A DNA stretch of 64,000 nucleotides from Antedon mediterranea (lineage: Eukaryota > Animalia > Echinodermata). This document shows, one piece after another, positions 13,176 through 26,100 of this stretch. The notes under the pieces were generated by a model. It did no database searches. It was not told where the DNA came from and worked only from the letters and a program-made list of their open reading frames with translations. The DNA is taken from assembly GCF_964355755.1 (NCBI RefSeq), contig NC_092676.1, positions 24,136,871 through 24,200,870 on the forward strand. Direction: 5' to 3'. The position numbers and the translations under genes are program-made. Every line of letters begins with the position of its first letter. The first letter of the stretch is position 1.

Positions 13176-14469
13176 AATCCAGTTTGGTCACTAGGGATAT
13201 TGTGAATCCTAAATACTTACATTACAGTTTGTCTACCGGTATGTTATGTACGGTACCAGGCCCTGATTTGGACAATACAGTATATCAATTCCAAAATATT
13301 AATAACACAACTTACCTGATGACAGCTTATTGGAGCTACTAACAGCGGAAACACTTTTGGTGGAAATGAGTTATTATTTAGAGTAGCACATTATTTAAAC
13401 CAAGTTTTCCAGATGGTAGAATTTAATAGCCGTGAGTCATTAAAGAGTTTATTAATGGCACAGGTCCAAAAAATACATTGGTTTCTCTTAGAAAAAATTA
13501 ATAACATTGGGATAGGAAATCACCACAACAACAAATTGTTAAATTTTCAGTGTTCAAAGAATTTGTGTAAAGTATTATCATAGAATTAAAGAAATGATGA
13601 ATAAAACTAGTTGATAAATCTACTCTATGGACTAGTCATAGGAATGTTATGACCCTTTGGTTTCTCAAAAATACAATTTGGAATTCATAACAAACTTGTA
13701 AATATATTGAATGAACTAGTAGTACTACTCAGCGTTCAAAGAATTGACGTAAAAGTGTTATTACACAAAAGAATTCTAAATGAAAAGAAAAATATCTTCT
13801 TTTACCGATCGGTCATAGCTCCACTTTACATAAAAGAATATTTTTTCACTCACTCACAAGAAATACAATGGTTTCTCTTAGAAAATTAATAAAATTGAAG
13901 AATCAGGAATTTGTTTACAAATCTGATAGGGTTCAAAGAAATATTAATTTTATTATAATAATAGAGGGATAGAATAACCTTTAGCGACCAACCGGTCACA
14001 ACTCCACTTTATATAAACGAACGCATGTCATGCTAAATCCTTGAGAACGGTTAGCACATGATAAGGTTTTAATGACACAGACACATCATAATACAATAAT
14101 ACTTTATAAAGAAACATTAAAGCATTAACAATGGCCTATACCCACTCATTCATGTAAACATTCACATGGACCTCACAAAGTTGGTAAAAACCGCAAGGCT
14201 GGCAATACAAGGATATTTGGATAAAAAAAAGTTTAAAATGTATCCCTGTAGTGTTTTACATTGAACATTTTATTAGCTTCTTAAAGAACTGGCTTAGTTG
14301 TCTGCAGGTACAGGCTTAATATTAGGAAATTGCACTGATACCATGAATTAATAAGAACATAAATCATATTTTTTCAAGACGACTACAGTAAATGTCATGA
14401 CTAATTATAGCATAGAACTGGTTATCTGTACTTTGCCCAGGGCTGCTACACAGTAGCTTCAGCTGCTAA

Positions 14470-14598
14470 AGCTCTGTCTACACTATCAAACTTTATGTGA
14501 TGTGCCCGTATATGGACACGATGATGTGTCATATCATTACCATATTTGGGCACATCACACTTTTTTGTCAAAACTAGTTTCATAGTGTAGACAGAGCT
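14470..14598. mobile_element. MITE family A (TIR AGCTCTGTCTACACTATCAAACT; TWA flanks, PIF/Harbinger-like), representative copy
   Basis: TAA|AGCTCTGTCTACAC...GTGTAGACAGAGCT|TAA. Other copies lie at about 5130-5221, 5923-6036, 14783-14880, 15864-16018, 17692-17854, 30842 (partial), 31573-31677, 32770-32938, 42407-42555, 44895-45055, 45960-46073, 56292-56415 and 59381-59498. Confidence 0.88.
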
Positions 14599-15298
14599 TA
14601 ACATGCACTTTAATACAGTGCTGTAGAGCTTTCACAGGATTGTAGTGTTGTTTAGGTGTGTTTACAACTACAGAAAAATAGCTCTGAAGCAACAAATCTG
14701 GTATGTACACTACACTAACATTTGGACAGAAATAATTTATTATAGGATCGGTAGTTACGATGGATGTTCGATATATCAATAACGCTCTGTCTACACTATC
14801 AAACTAATATGGTAGTGATATGATATCATCGTGTCTATTTATGGGCATGTCACATAAAGTTTGATAGTGTAGACAGAGCTTAAGCCAAATATTTCAATGA
14901 ACAAAGTTGCACCCAGGGAGATATTTTACATCTTCCTGGATGCATTGAGTAATAAATTTAAAGCCTGGTTCCCTTGTTTATGTTTCGTTAAAGCCGGTTT
15001 TCTTTTCACAATAAATATATTTTTATATACTACATATAACTACTACAGTTGTATCCTAAACTTGTATACGGTTCTGTATGACGTTTAACTAAACATCTCG
15101 AGTGTTCTGACTAGTGAACTGCAATTCTAATTTACCCATGAGTTAATTGAAATAATAACCTTTAAAGTAGACTGGCACTTAAAACCCATTAACTTCTCAT
15201 GATTAGAATCAAGGGAGATTTACTGTAATTGAACATTTACACAATGGTGTGAGCAGATGTATGCACACCACATTTAACATTGAAAAATACGTTAAGCC

Positions 15299-15684
15299 TA
15301 CAGCTAGCCTAGAATAATACCTTAGTGTGATCAGGGAGATGTCGCGTGTGATTTCGTGGCAGAGAGAGAATAGGGAGGGTGCCACAGATGAAGGGTGGCA
15401 CAGATGGGAGTGGTACAGTAACTGTATACAGCTAGCCTAGAATAATACCTTAGTGTGATCAGGGAGATGTCTCGTGTGATTTCGTGGCAGAGAGAGAATA
15501 GGGAGGGTGCCACAGATGAAGGGTGGCACAGATGGGAGTGGTACAGTAACTGTATACAGCTAGCCTAGAATAATACCTTAGTGTGATCAGGGAGATGTCG
15601 CGTGTGATTTCGTGGCAGAGAGAGAATAGGGAGGGTGCCACAGATGGAGGGTGGCACAGATGGGGAGTGGTACAGTAACTGTAC
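15299..15684. repeat. 128-bp tandem repeat, 3 copies
   Basis: CAGCTAGCCTAGAATAATACC at 15301, 15429 and 15557, nearly identical. Confidence 0.95.
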
Positions 15685-18600
15685 ACGGATGGTGGAGACT
15701 CAAATTTTCAGTAACGGTTACACAAAACAGTTAGTCATATTATATTAGTAATGTCCACTACAGTTACAGTTACACATAAAAAGAAACTATAACAGTTCAT
15801 TTAGTTTCTATTGTAGCAATTGGCGACTTCTGAATTTTGAAATAAGAATAGCCGAGGGCCTAAAGCTCTGTACACTATCAAACTAGTTTGACAAAATTTA
15901 AAAAGTGTGATGTGTCCAAATTATGGTAGTAATATGCCCAAATATGGTAGTTAAAGGACATCATCATGTCCATAGACACTTTTTTTGTCACATAAGTTTG
16001 ATAAAAATAGACAGAGCTTTACCATTGTGAAATTGCTGAACTTACAATGAACATAATATCCAAATTATCTTTTGCTTATTTTTTTTGAGATGGAGTAAAT
16101 TTCTTTCTTGTCGTTTTACTTCTTTGGCCCTTATATTTGTTGCAATAAAAGAATTGAACAATGGGAGTTCAATTCAGAGCAGCCATATTCCTGGTATTAA
16201 TCAATTTAAAAGCATACTGAGAGAAAATAAGAAAACCCACAAACACAATAATTGATGGCTAGCATAGAACTGTTGCTTTTCAGAGACAAAGAAATTATAT
16301 CTAGGAAGGCCTTTACAATCGTAATACAATAGAACAAAAGTCTATTGTAATAGCCAGCAGTCCAGGTTTAATATTAATTATAATATTAAATTATGGATGT
16401 GTACAAACAAACTAAATTAAATATATTATAATTTAATAATTCTTTTTATTAAAACAATAAAATAAAATCATAGATTTAAATAATTATAAAAAACGAAAGA
16501 ATCAATTAATGTGGGTAATGTATCCACTAATTGCTTCCCCTTTCGGAAATAAATAAAATAAGTAGGGTTAATTCACCCACTCAGCTGGATGTCTTGAGTT
16601 CTGTACCATAGTTTACAGATTATTATTTTTTTTAAATAATAATTTAATAGGTGTAACCTCAAAGTTTATAGAAATATTAAGGAAATATGTAAATCCCATG
16701 GAATGACTCATCCTTGATGGAAAAAAACAGTACACAGTACATTCACAATAATATATTTGATCTATTGATTTTTAATAAATAACACTTTTAGTACTTGTTT
16801 TTACAGATGAATTTCATTGAACAAGAAACTACTAAACCTTTGCTTTGTTGTTATTCATGTTTTGCAATTAAAGATTTGCAATGTGATCCTAAATGTTGAT
16901 ATTATTTTGTATTTAAACATTATTCTATAAACCATCATTTTTTCTTTGATGTACAGCAGATATTTCAATTCAAATTAAAATGTATTTCCCTTTCTTTTTT
17001 CTTATAAAATAAAATGTTAACAATAATAGTACTGTATTATTATGTAGCATTATTTACATTAGGAAAAAAGAAGCTAGAAAAAAGTTATATACTTTTCGAG
17101 TCCAGCCTCTATTATAACATAATAGTTACAATATTGTAATAATAATAGGGCAATATAAATGTTTTTTTCTTTGTTTAAATAGCATTTTCGAACGAATGAG
17201 AAAAACTCGAGAACAGCAGAGGTTTACAGTACCTAATAAACCTAACTGTTTAACCTTAACTCCTTTTCACACACAAACATCATCCTCTGTGCATTCAATC
17301 ATACCAGTTGTTTTCATTACCTCTCTTCATTTGTTTGTCTACATGATTAACTTTTTACAATCTCAAATGCACACAGTACAACCCATGTCTCTTAGGTGTT
17401 GGGGCATAATAACCATGTTGGGTAACCAGGTATAGTCAAGAGTCAACTGAATACAGCGTTCTCAATGGGGATTTATTCCACTTGAATACACTCTAAAAAC
17501 ATGTGGGTAGGCTTTTTTGAAGCAAATATAAATTGCATTATTTGTATAGTAAACTAAGTATTGCAGCCAACCGAGCGGAGTAGCTCGCTGTATCGGTATG
17601 CTGTACAGTACCCTAGTTTAAGTTTAAGATACAATGAATGAATATTTCATAGGTTAGTCTGAGTACCACAGTACATGAATACTGTATATAAAGCTCACAA
17701 TCATTATCAAACTTTATATGACAAAAAATGTGATGTGCCCATGTATGGACATGATGTCAATATGTCATATCACTACCATATTTAATCATATCTCTACCAT
17801 ATTTGGGCACATCACCCTTTTTTGTCAAAGTAGTTTGATAGTGTAGACATAGCTTAAATCTGCAAAATGTTTTATTTGGATGTGTTCCTTAATTAATACA
17901 GTAAACCCAATACTGTACTATAAATTGCAAACCTATGTTGTTTACCATTATATGTCTGACTATACTAAGAAGTCCTAAAATATTGTTAGCCATCTAAAGT
18001 GGGGGTTTTTAATTGGAGGGAAAATTCAGGACTTCAGGATTCATTTTGTACAGCCAGTGATACCAGATACCAAGTAGCAGCAAAATGATATTTAATTACT
18101 GTAAAGGTGACCTTTAATTGGAGGACCTATAAACAGTGGTGGTCAATAATTGAAAAATGGCTGTAACGACGTCATGACATTTGATGGTTAAATCATTTCT
18201 TCAATTTTGTTTCTAGCCTTTATACAATGAACTAATGTAATGGTAGAACCTACAAGAGGACACTTTTGGTACCCAACATAGAGTCCTGTAATAATAAAAA
18301 TAGGATGTGTCCATTGGATAGGGATTTGCTGTTTCAAAACATATAAAGTTAAAAGATGTTGCACACTGTACACTCTGTGTAGTGATTTCTTTTTTAAACA
18401 CAGTTATAGTGATCAGGCTTGATTTGATGGTATTTTTGTTTACAATAAATATAAGAAAAGAATGTATAGGCCTATATATCAATGGAATTTGAAATTTCTA
18501 GATTAAGATAACATACTGCATATTGTTTTAAATCCAGTACAAATATTTGTTTTGAATCAACTCATTCAAGAAACAAAAGTGTTAAACCTCTGCAGGCCTA

Positions 18601-19386
18601 CAGTATGTCTCAGTGGAAGGTTGTGTCACACAAAATGTGACAATCAGTAATCTTGATTGTACTGTGTACACAAAGGTATTCACGATCCTGTTCTCTTGAT
18701 TATTTTTAGAACAATGATGACAAGATATTCACTCATAATATTTGTTAATTACTGTAAAACAGAGAATGTCCTAATCAACGATAGACAAGAAACCATATTT
18801 TGATTATATAGGTCATTTTTTCCTAATTAGCACATCATTGTTAATTCATTATCTAATTGCAAGTACCTTATCATTTATTATACACTGTCACAGTATAGTA
18901 ATACTACTGTAGTATGTATGTAGTACTAGTGGGTATGACATTTGGTAGTAATTGAAAGGTTGGATTATACTTGAATTTAACAAAATTGAGTATAATATTA
19001 ATAATAAGATTAAGAAAGAGAATGTTTAAATTTAAAACAAAAGTTGTCTAGTATATAATAAATGTTTTTGTTGTACAAATACTAAAGGCACTTCTCTACT
19101 CTTTATCAAATGAACAGATCTAAACAAAATTAATAGATTCTGGAAAACGTTATTAACAACATAATCATCAATTAATCGAATATATTCCCAGGGTAGGTCT
19201 CTTTAATTTGTATTGTCATTACGCGCCTGAATCAACAGGGATTTTGCCAACACAAAACATAACATCGACAAATCCCAACCGTGCAAAGAAAATCAAAGTT
19301 ATTCACTGCGATTTCCTAAAATAACAACCTAAAAGTTCCTGCTCATGGTATAAATATTATAGATTACAGAAAATGTATTTACTTAC

Positions 19387-19721
19387 TAAAAAATCCTGTT
19401 TTTTAACGTATTTTTTGGTGGAAAAACTTGTTTTGATCGTATCAGATCAGCAACCGACTACTACTCTGCTAAAAATGTACTGTGTCGTTGATGGCGCGGT
19501 TTGTGGTTTGTTGGGGTGTTGTTCAATAGAGCGTAGTTCCGATTATCAATTATCATTTCCGGGTTGTAGCAATTAATTACCTGACCTCTTTCACTTAGCA
19601 ACAATCAACACAATTTACTCGTGGTATTGTTCGTTGTTTTGTCAAGCAATCTAAACACAATTTCCTGAGTGCACCATGTGTTGAAACCGCTGGTTAAACT
19701 AAAAAGGTTTATATAGAAAAG
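19387..19721. promoter_or_regulatory. Putative bidirectional promoter with divergent non-coding first exons (RASSF8 minus, LMNTD plus)
   Basis: A minus-strand donor GTAAGT at 19386 and a plus-strand donor AAG|GTAAGC at 19722 face away from each other. The interval is CpG-enriched and contains GATGGCG, TTTCCGG and a CTTAGCAAC half X-box. Confidence 0.55.
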
Positions 19722-21323
19722 GTAAGCTTAAACATCAATTTTATCAATCGAAATAGGGGCCTAGCCTAGCTAGTATAGGCTAGATAGAGGCTATTATGTA
19801 GTGAAAGTAGAGTGGTAGCTGCCGCCTCCTCTAGCATTCCTCTAGCTAGCCTACTAGCTAGGCCTAGCCTATAGTATTAGTAAGCCTAGCTAGCTTAAGC
19901 TAGGCCTAGGCTAGGCCTTGCTTGTTATGTTATGTTTTATGAATATTATTCATTAATGATGATCTGTTCTCTTTACACCACCACCACACCACCCCGGCGT
20001 ACGTTTGTGGTGTTCTTACTTTATTATAGTCAGCAGTAAGTATAGCCTAGGCCTAGCTAGGCCTACTTTTAGCTAGCCTATAATAGGTCCTAGCTAATAT
20101 ATAAGTAGCCTAGTTAGTATGTGTTGTAGGTGGACCAGGTCTAGCCTAGGCCTACCTGTTTTTTTGTAGACTGAAAATGAATAAAAATAACATCTAGGCC
20201 TAGGCCTAGTTATCCCTAGGCCCTAACTAGGTAATACTGCCTCATTATTGATTGTTTTATTTACTTACATTTTATTCTAGGCCTATCCATGTTTTGGCAA
20301 AATATAATAATTAATATAAATATGATTATAATAATATAAGCCTAGGCATAGACAAGGCCTATTGTGTAAAACCACCACACAAGTCACAAGTATTTGATCC
20401 ACAAAGAAAAAATATCATTTGTAAAGTTGAGAGCTGATTTCTTTCTCAATCATAATATTATATTAATAATAATATTATTATTAAACATGTTCCATTTATA
20501 GGCCTTTAATAATATTGTATACTGTGTGTATTTAGGCCTAGGCTAGGCCTAAGTGACTTTGTCAAATAAATCAATACCCACCAGTAAAAGATTTCCATTA
20601 AACCTGTATACCTGAATGGCTATTGATTCTAAGACATGGTTATCTATTCAGTGGCTTAATCCTTTAGAATATAATTCTATTATATTGTTTCTTCCTCATG
20701 TTCACATTTGTTCTTTCTTACATTTTTTAAGACAATTATTCTGCAACTTGGTTACAGATACTGCTGTATATTAAACAAAAGATTCAAAATCTTATGCTCT
20801 TGCAAAATAAATTTATTTTTCCACAAAAAAGTCATCAAACACTGGAAATGCAAAAATCATGCATAAACGAATAATTGAATAGACTAGATTGAGTGAAAAA
20901 GACTTGTCTCATAAGATTTTTAAATAAAAAGAAATTAAAGTCATATGCATAATCATAAAGACAATAAAAAAATAAACACATTACAGTATTATATATTATT
21001 TTGAAATACCAGAAAGAGAATAAAGTCCTGTAGTTTAATGTTATGTTATTATTAATATATTTATATGAGCCAACTAAACAGCAGATTTGAATTAGCACCT
21101 CAAAATTACCATAAAACATTTTTATTCACTTTTTTTATTATGAATACAAACAGCATCTTATATTAGAGCGGAAATATATAAAAATCTGGACTAGTCCAAT
21201 AGTATTTTGTAAGATAATACTATACCGTTACCCAACAAAATGAAATAAATCAAAAAATTCTTTTGTGATAAAACATAATAACTATAACAGTCATAAACTT
21301 ATTTAACAATAACCCTTCAACAG

Positions 21324-21379
21324 ACCAGAGTCGATAAACCTAGAAATGACATGAATGTGAGAAAGGTGCAGACAGCCAG
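21324..21379 (+). CDS. Candidate alternative N-terminal exon of the LMNTD gene (MNVRKVQTAR)
   Basis: Acceptor CTTCAACAG, ATG at 21351, donor CAG|GTATTT in phase 2, which is in frame with the exon starting at 23887. Confidence 0.35.
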
Positions 21380-22052
21380 GTATTTACAGGTACCGGGACA
21401 CACACAATTGAAACAGTGTGTTGTTTAGAAGTCTCCCTGGTTGCACATTCCAACAACTTGTCTACATGACTACTTAATATTAAGTTAGCATAATTGTCAC
21501 ATATATGTGACACTTGATACCGTAATAGGGACAGATCAGGTTTGAATGTAATTTTTGTGAAAAGTAATTTTAACCATATTTTATTTTTATTTTTTAAAAT
21601 TTATTTTAAACTATTGATATAAACATATCAGGTATATTTATTTCACCTATTTTACATATGGTCCTGTTTTTTTTTAATAGATTAAAAACATTCATAAAAG
21701 ACATTTAAAAAAAATGTACACATCATTTTAGTATAAATTTATTTTCTCCATATCTTTTGTTAGTTTATGCGGAAATATCAATCGATCATTAAAGAATAAT
21801 ATTCTGTTAATACTACAATAGACAATAATTGTCTTGTTTCTATAGATACTAGCATGTTACCATCAGTAATTTATTGATTTTTGTCTAATTATAAATGACT
21901 AAATATCCAATAAATAGGTTTATGGTTTATGATATCTTATTTTGATCGTCTAATAATTTACCTTATTTAGTGTCATCCAGGATACGATTTTTTTTACATA
22001 AATTGGGGACTGACTGTGAAAGAAAGCCGAACCACTTTCTAATATAACTTAA

Positions 22053-22679
22053 AGACCCCTTCCCTGCAATTTTGGACGTTTTTTGGAAAATAATACATAT
22101 ATATCACTTTAAAAACATTAAACCATGTCATTCCTTGTCTTAAATGTACGTTTTATGGTAAATTATGATAAAAAGTGAGAAACAATGCACTACCTAAGTA
22201 GCTCGCGGCGATCGACCTCTCGTGGACGGTCTTAGGCCTAGCCTAGCTAGGCTTAGTTTTGTAGGCCTAGCTGGTAAACATCGGTAACGTACGAACATCG
22301 TACGCGAGCTATATACCTAGCCTGACGTTGTATAGTTGCTGCATTAATTGTCTTTCTATTTTTGCCAGACTCCGTTGATACAAATTGGGGAAAACCCGGT
22401 ATTTTCGCTGAAAAGTTAGGAGTCTTCCATTTGTTTTGGCCTCACGATCGATCGAAAAGTGGGCGAATTACAGGTGAAAAACAAAAATATCAATCCGCGC
22501 GCAATGCATTTTGGGATTTATAGCGGGCCGCTATAATTATTAGAATCGGCTTATTTTTCACATTTTTAACCGTTTAAAGACGAAAAAAGTTATCGCAATA
22601 GGACCATATAGTATTATTTTTACATTAAATATAGTTTGTGATCTTAAATTAGATCTAAAAAAACGTAGGGAATGGGGCT
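22053..22679. mobile_element. Kolobok-like non-autonomous element, copy 2
   Basis: Near-identical to 10013-10638 with the same TIRs and TTAA flanks. Confidence 0.85.
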
Positions 22680-23053
22680 TTAACCTAACCCTCTATATAA
22701 TCTATCTCTAGTCTCAGTAAACCAAAGTTACCCATTTTTAGAAGGTGATATCCAATTCACCACACTCATCAAGCAATCAATTTAACATCTTTTTTTCCCC
22801 CCAACCTTAAGATGAATTGTCATTTTCACCCTTAATTTATCATACAGACAGCCTGTGAGCTTGTATAACTCTACCACTATATCGATTGTAAATTATTTCT
22901 ATCTACAAGTAACAAAAATCAATAATTTTGTTATATCCAATTCTCATTTTCATAAGGCACAATACTCATAAATCTACTCAATTCCGTTTCTTTTTACATT
23001 AAGAATAAAAGAAAATATCAAAAAGCATCGGTTAGTCAAACTTCTTTGTAACT

Positions 23054-23078
23054 GTTGCCTAGGCAATGTCATGGTAAC
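23054..23078. promoter_or_regulatory. Overlapping tandem RFX X-box motifs
   Basis: GTTGCCTAGGCAAT (23054-23067) and AATGTCATGGTAAC (23065-23078), versus consensus GTTGCCATGGCAAC, about 90 bp upstream of ATG 23165. Confidence 0.65.
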
Positions 23079-23164
23079 AATTTGCCTGTAAAGTGATCGT
23101 GGTGTGATAATTTTTCTACATTTATTTATTGTTTCTTGAATGATAACAGCGAACGGACGGAACA

Positions 23165-26100
23165 ATGTCTTATAGAAGATATCTGTAAGAATATTATATT
23201 TCATTTATATATATTATTGTGTTTTATCTGGTATAGTTAATTTTTTCGTTAGTAATAACAATATTCTGTAATGTTTTTTATTAGTAGCTTAATTAGTACT
23301 AATGGAGATTAGTTGTTGTTATGTAATAATTATTGAGGTTTGACTAAATTATACTACTGTAACATTCAAGTGAAAACATCAATTTTTTCCAGATTTTTTT
23401 TTCTATGGAAGTGATTAACTTTATTAAAACCACAAAATAATATATTCAAAGTCTGTTATTTAATATTAGGCCTAATATTTATTTTTCATGTTTTTGGTGG
23501 ACAATACATCTTTAAAATATATTTGTTTGTCTTTTTGCTATTAATTATTAGTAATATAAATGTATTGGTATTAGTAGAAAAGTGGCTAATTTACATCATT
23601 ATGTTTATTGTTGCTTGTTTGAATGTGTATACAGCAGAACCTTTATTAAGATATTCAACAAACTGTCCCTTTAATAGGGGTGTAATCTGAATAAGGTGTC
23701 CCAAAGGAGCGGGTCTACAGTACATGTAACTAAAATTTTTTTTTTTCTTAAATAAATAGAAAGAGAAAATGTTTTGTTTTTTTTCTCTTTTGTGGCGCAA
23801 ACACCACTTTTAGAAAGAGAAAATGTTATTGATAGACTTTTGTTATAAATTACTTTATTATTATACAGTATATACTTTTTCCTTAGACCACATAGGTATA
23901 TAATGACTACAACATATCCACCAGCTCCGTTGTCACGGCAACAGGAGAAGGCAGAGCTACAGCAGCTAAATGACAGGTACAAATCGTACATTGGAAAAGT
24001 TAGAAAGATGCGTGAAGAAGCCAATCGGGTAAGTAATGGTTGAAGTTTTTTTTTACCTACTAATACTATGTGAGAAATATTAGAGTATATTTATCAAATT
24101 TGAAATTGAAAATTGGGATTTTTAAAATTTTTTTTCTAGCTTATTAAATGAGATCAGATAAGAATCTAATCTTTAAGGTCTATTTCGTGCCTAGCTTACC
24201 TGGATAAACCAACAATGGCCTTTCTCCTCGAAGAGCGAGATATAACTTCATTGAATTCCACTTTCCACAAATGGTAATTTTTGTAATGTTTCCTTTAGGT
24301 TGATTCATCTGCATTGCTCAATTCTATGCGTATGTTGGAAGACGAGGTGGAAGATATCAAGAATATGTACGAGAAGGAACTGAGTAATTTGCGACATCAA
24401 CTTGAAGACACAGCAGCCGCTCACACATCAGCGGACACACAGGCACACCGCAACGGGCAAGTGGCTGCAAACTTACAAGACCGGTAAAGTCTAATTTGGA
24501 ATTAATTCTTTATTTAAATTTACATTCTTAAATGTGAATTCTATTCTTATGCACATTTTTGTATACCAATAGAAAAAAACTTTTTCATTTTTATTGAAAA
24601 TACTGATTCAGCATACAAAAATGGAGAAAAAAAGTAATAGCGCCACCATTAGTTTTATCAAAATTTATTACATCATCAATGTTCTACCAATGATATTTAT
24701 TGAGTTAGATTCATTATAGTTAGAAGCATTACACATTTCACATCTTTTCTACAGGTTGTCGGTAGAAAATCAACGAACACGGGCATTGAATGATGACGTG
24801 GCGAGTATGCAACGTTTGTGTGCCCAGAAGGAAGTGGATTTACAAACGTCACAGGCTGTTGTTGCGGACTTAACACGCAAGCTACACGACTTGGAAGATG
24901 ACTATGCAAATCTACACAAGAATACTGAAGATATTCAACACAGGTTAGTTAGTAATAATCATTAATAATAATAATTTTAATATTTAAATGAATCATTTAC
25001 TGACTGTCAAAATAGTGGAAAGAACAAAAATATATTGTAATGCCAAAATTTGGAAACAAAACAAAATTAACATCCAGTAGAACTTTTATTAAGAGGACAC
25101 CTTCGGGATCCAATATACAGTGGTGTCCCCTTAATAGGGGTGTCCCCTCAATAGTTGTTTCCCCTGAATAGGTGTAAGTGTTGTGTTAAAACATATATTT
25201 CCCCCCGTTTGTTTCACAGGATAGTGTCTCTTAAAAGGACAAATTTTTCTTTATAATTTTCTTATTTTTGCTGTGTTATTTTACAATTTTTTTTTAAATG
25301 ATTACTATTTAATTTGTGTTTTATAGATTGGACCAAGAATGTGTTCTACGGAAAGAGGCTCAAGATTCGAACCAGATCCTCCATGACAAGCTGGATTTTC
25401 ACAAGCAAGTAAATGATAAAGAGGTATCTGACTTAAAACACACTCTAGATGACAAGACTAATCACATCCTGGCCTTGGAGGCTAGGGTGCGGGAGTTAGC
25501 CAAGCCTGATAACACCCTACAAGAGATGTTGGAAAGAGTCAAAAGAGCTGCTGCTGAGGAACTTCAAAGTTTTAAGGAGGAATCAGAGAAAACATACCAT
25601 CAAAATGTAATTACGTTTTGTCTTTTATTAAATTTTACTGGTAGTCAACATAACATAATAGTAGCGACTTTTCATTTTCATCATGCGGCAAGAAACTGCA
25701 CAGCTATTAAGTCCAACAGCCATTCTGTGCATGCATGCTCCTGTTTAGTCGTGCACAGAATAACTTTACGATAGACGGAATGAAAATGAAAAGTCGCTAT
25801 TAATAAAGTCACAATCAAAACATTATTCAAAATATGTACGTTTTTCATCAACCATCAATCTCATTATCTAATCTACACATGTTCCATTAAACTTTTTGCA
25901 AAGCATTGATCCCCAGAAAGTTTTTATCCTCTAGAGGGCAGCATATATGTGGGGGTTTTTTTTTGGTTCAACTTTACTATGCAACGCCCACTATTTATTA
26001 AAGTTCAAAAAGCTATCATTGTTTGCTTTTCTCTTCAAAGGTGTCTAAAATATGATTAATGTGTTTGTTTAGAACTTTTCTAGTGTTTTAAAGTTCAAGT

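Noticed and set aside
15331-15686. Duplicated short ORFs
   Set aside because: Products of the 128-bp tandem repeat.
25607-25774. Extension of ORF 25316-25774
   Set aside because: It is intron read-through across a MITE. The exon ends at 25606.
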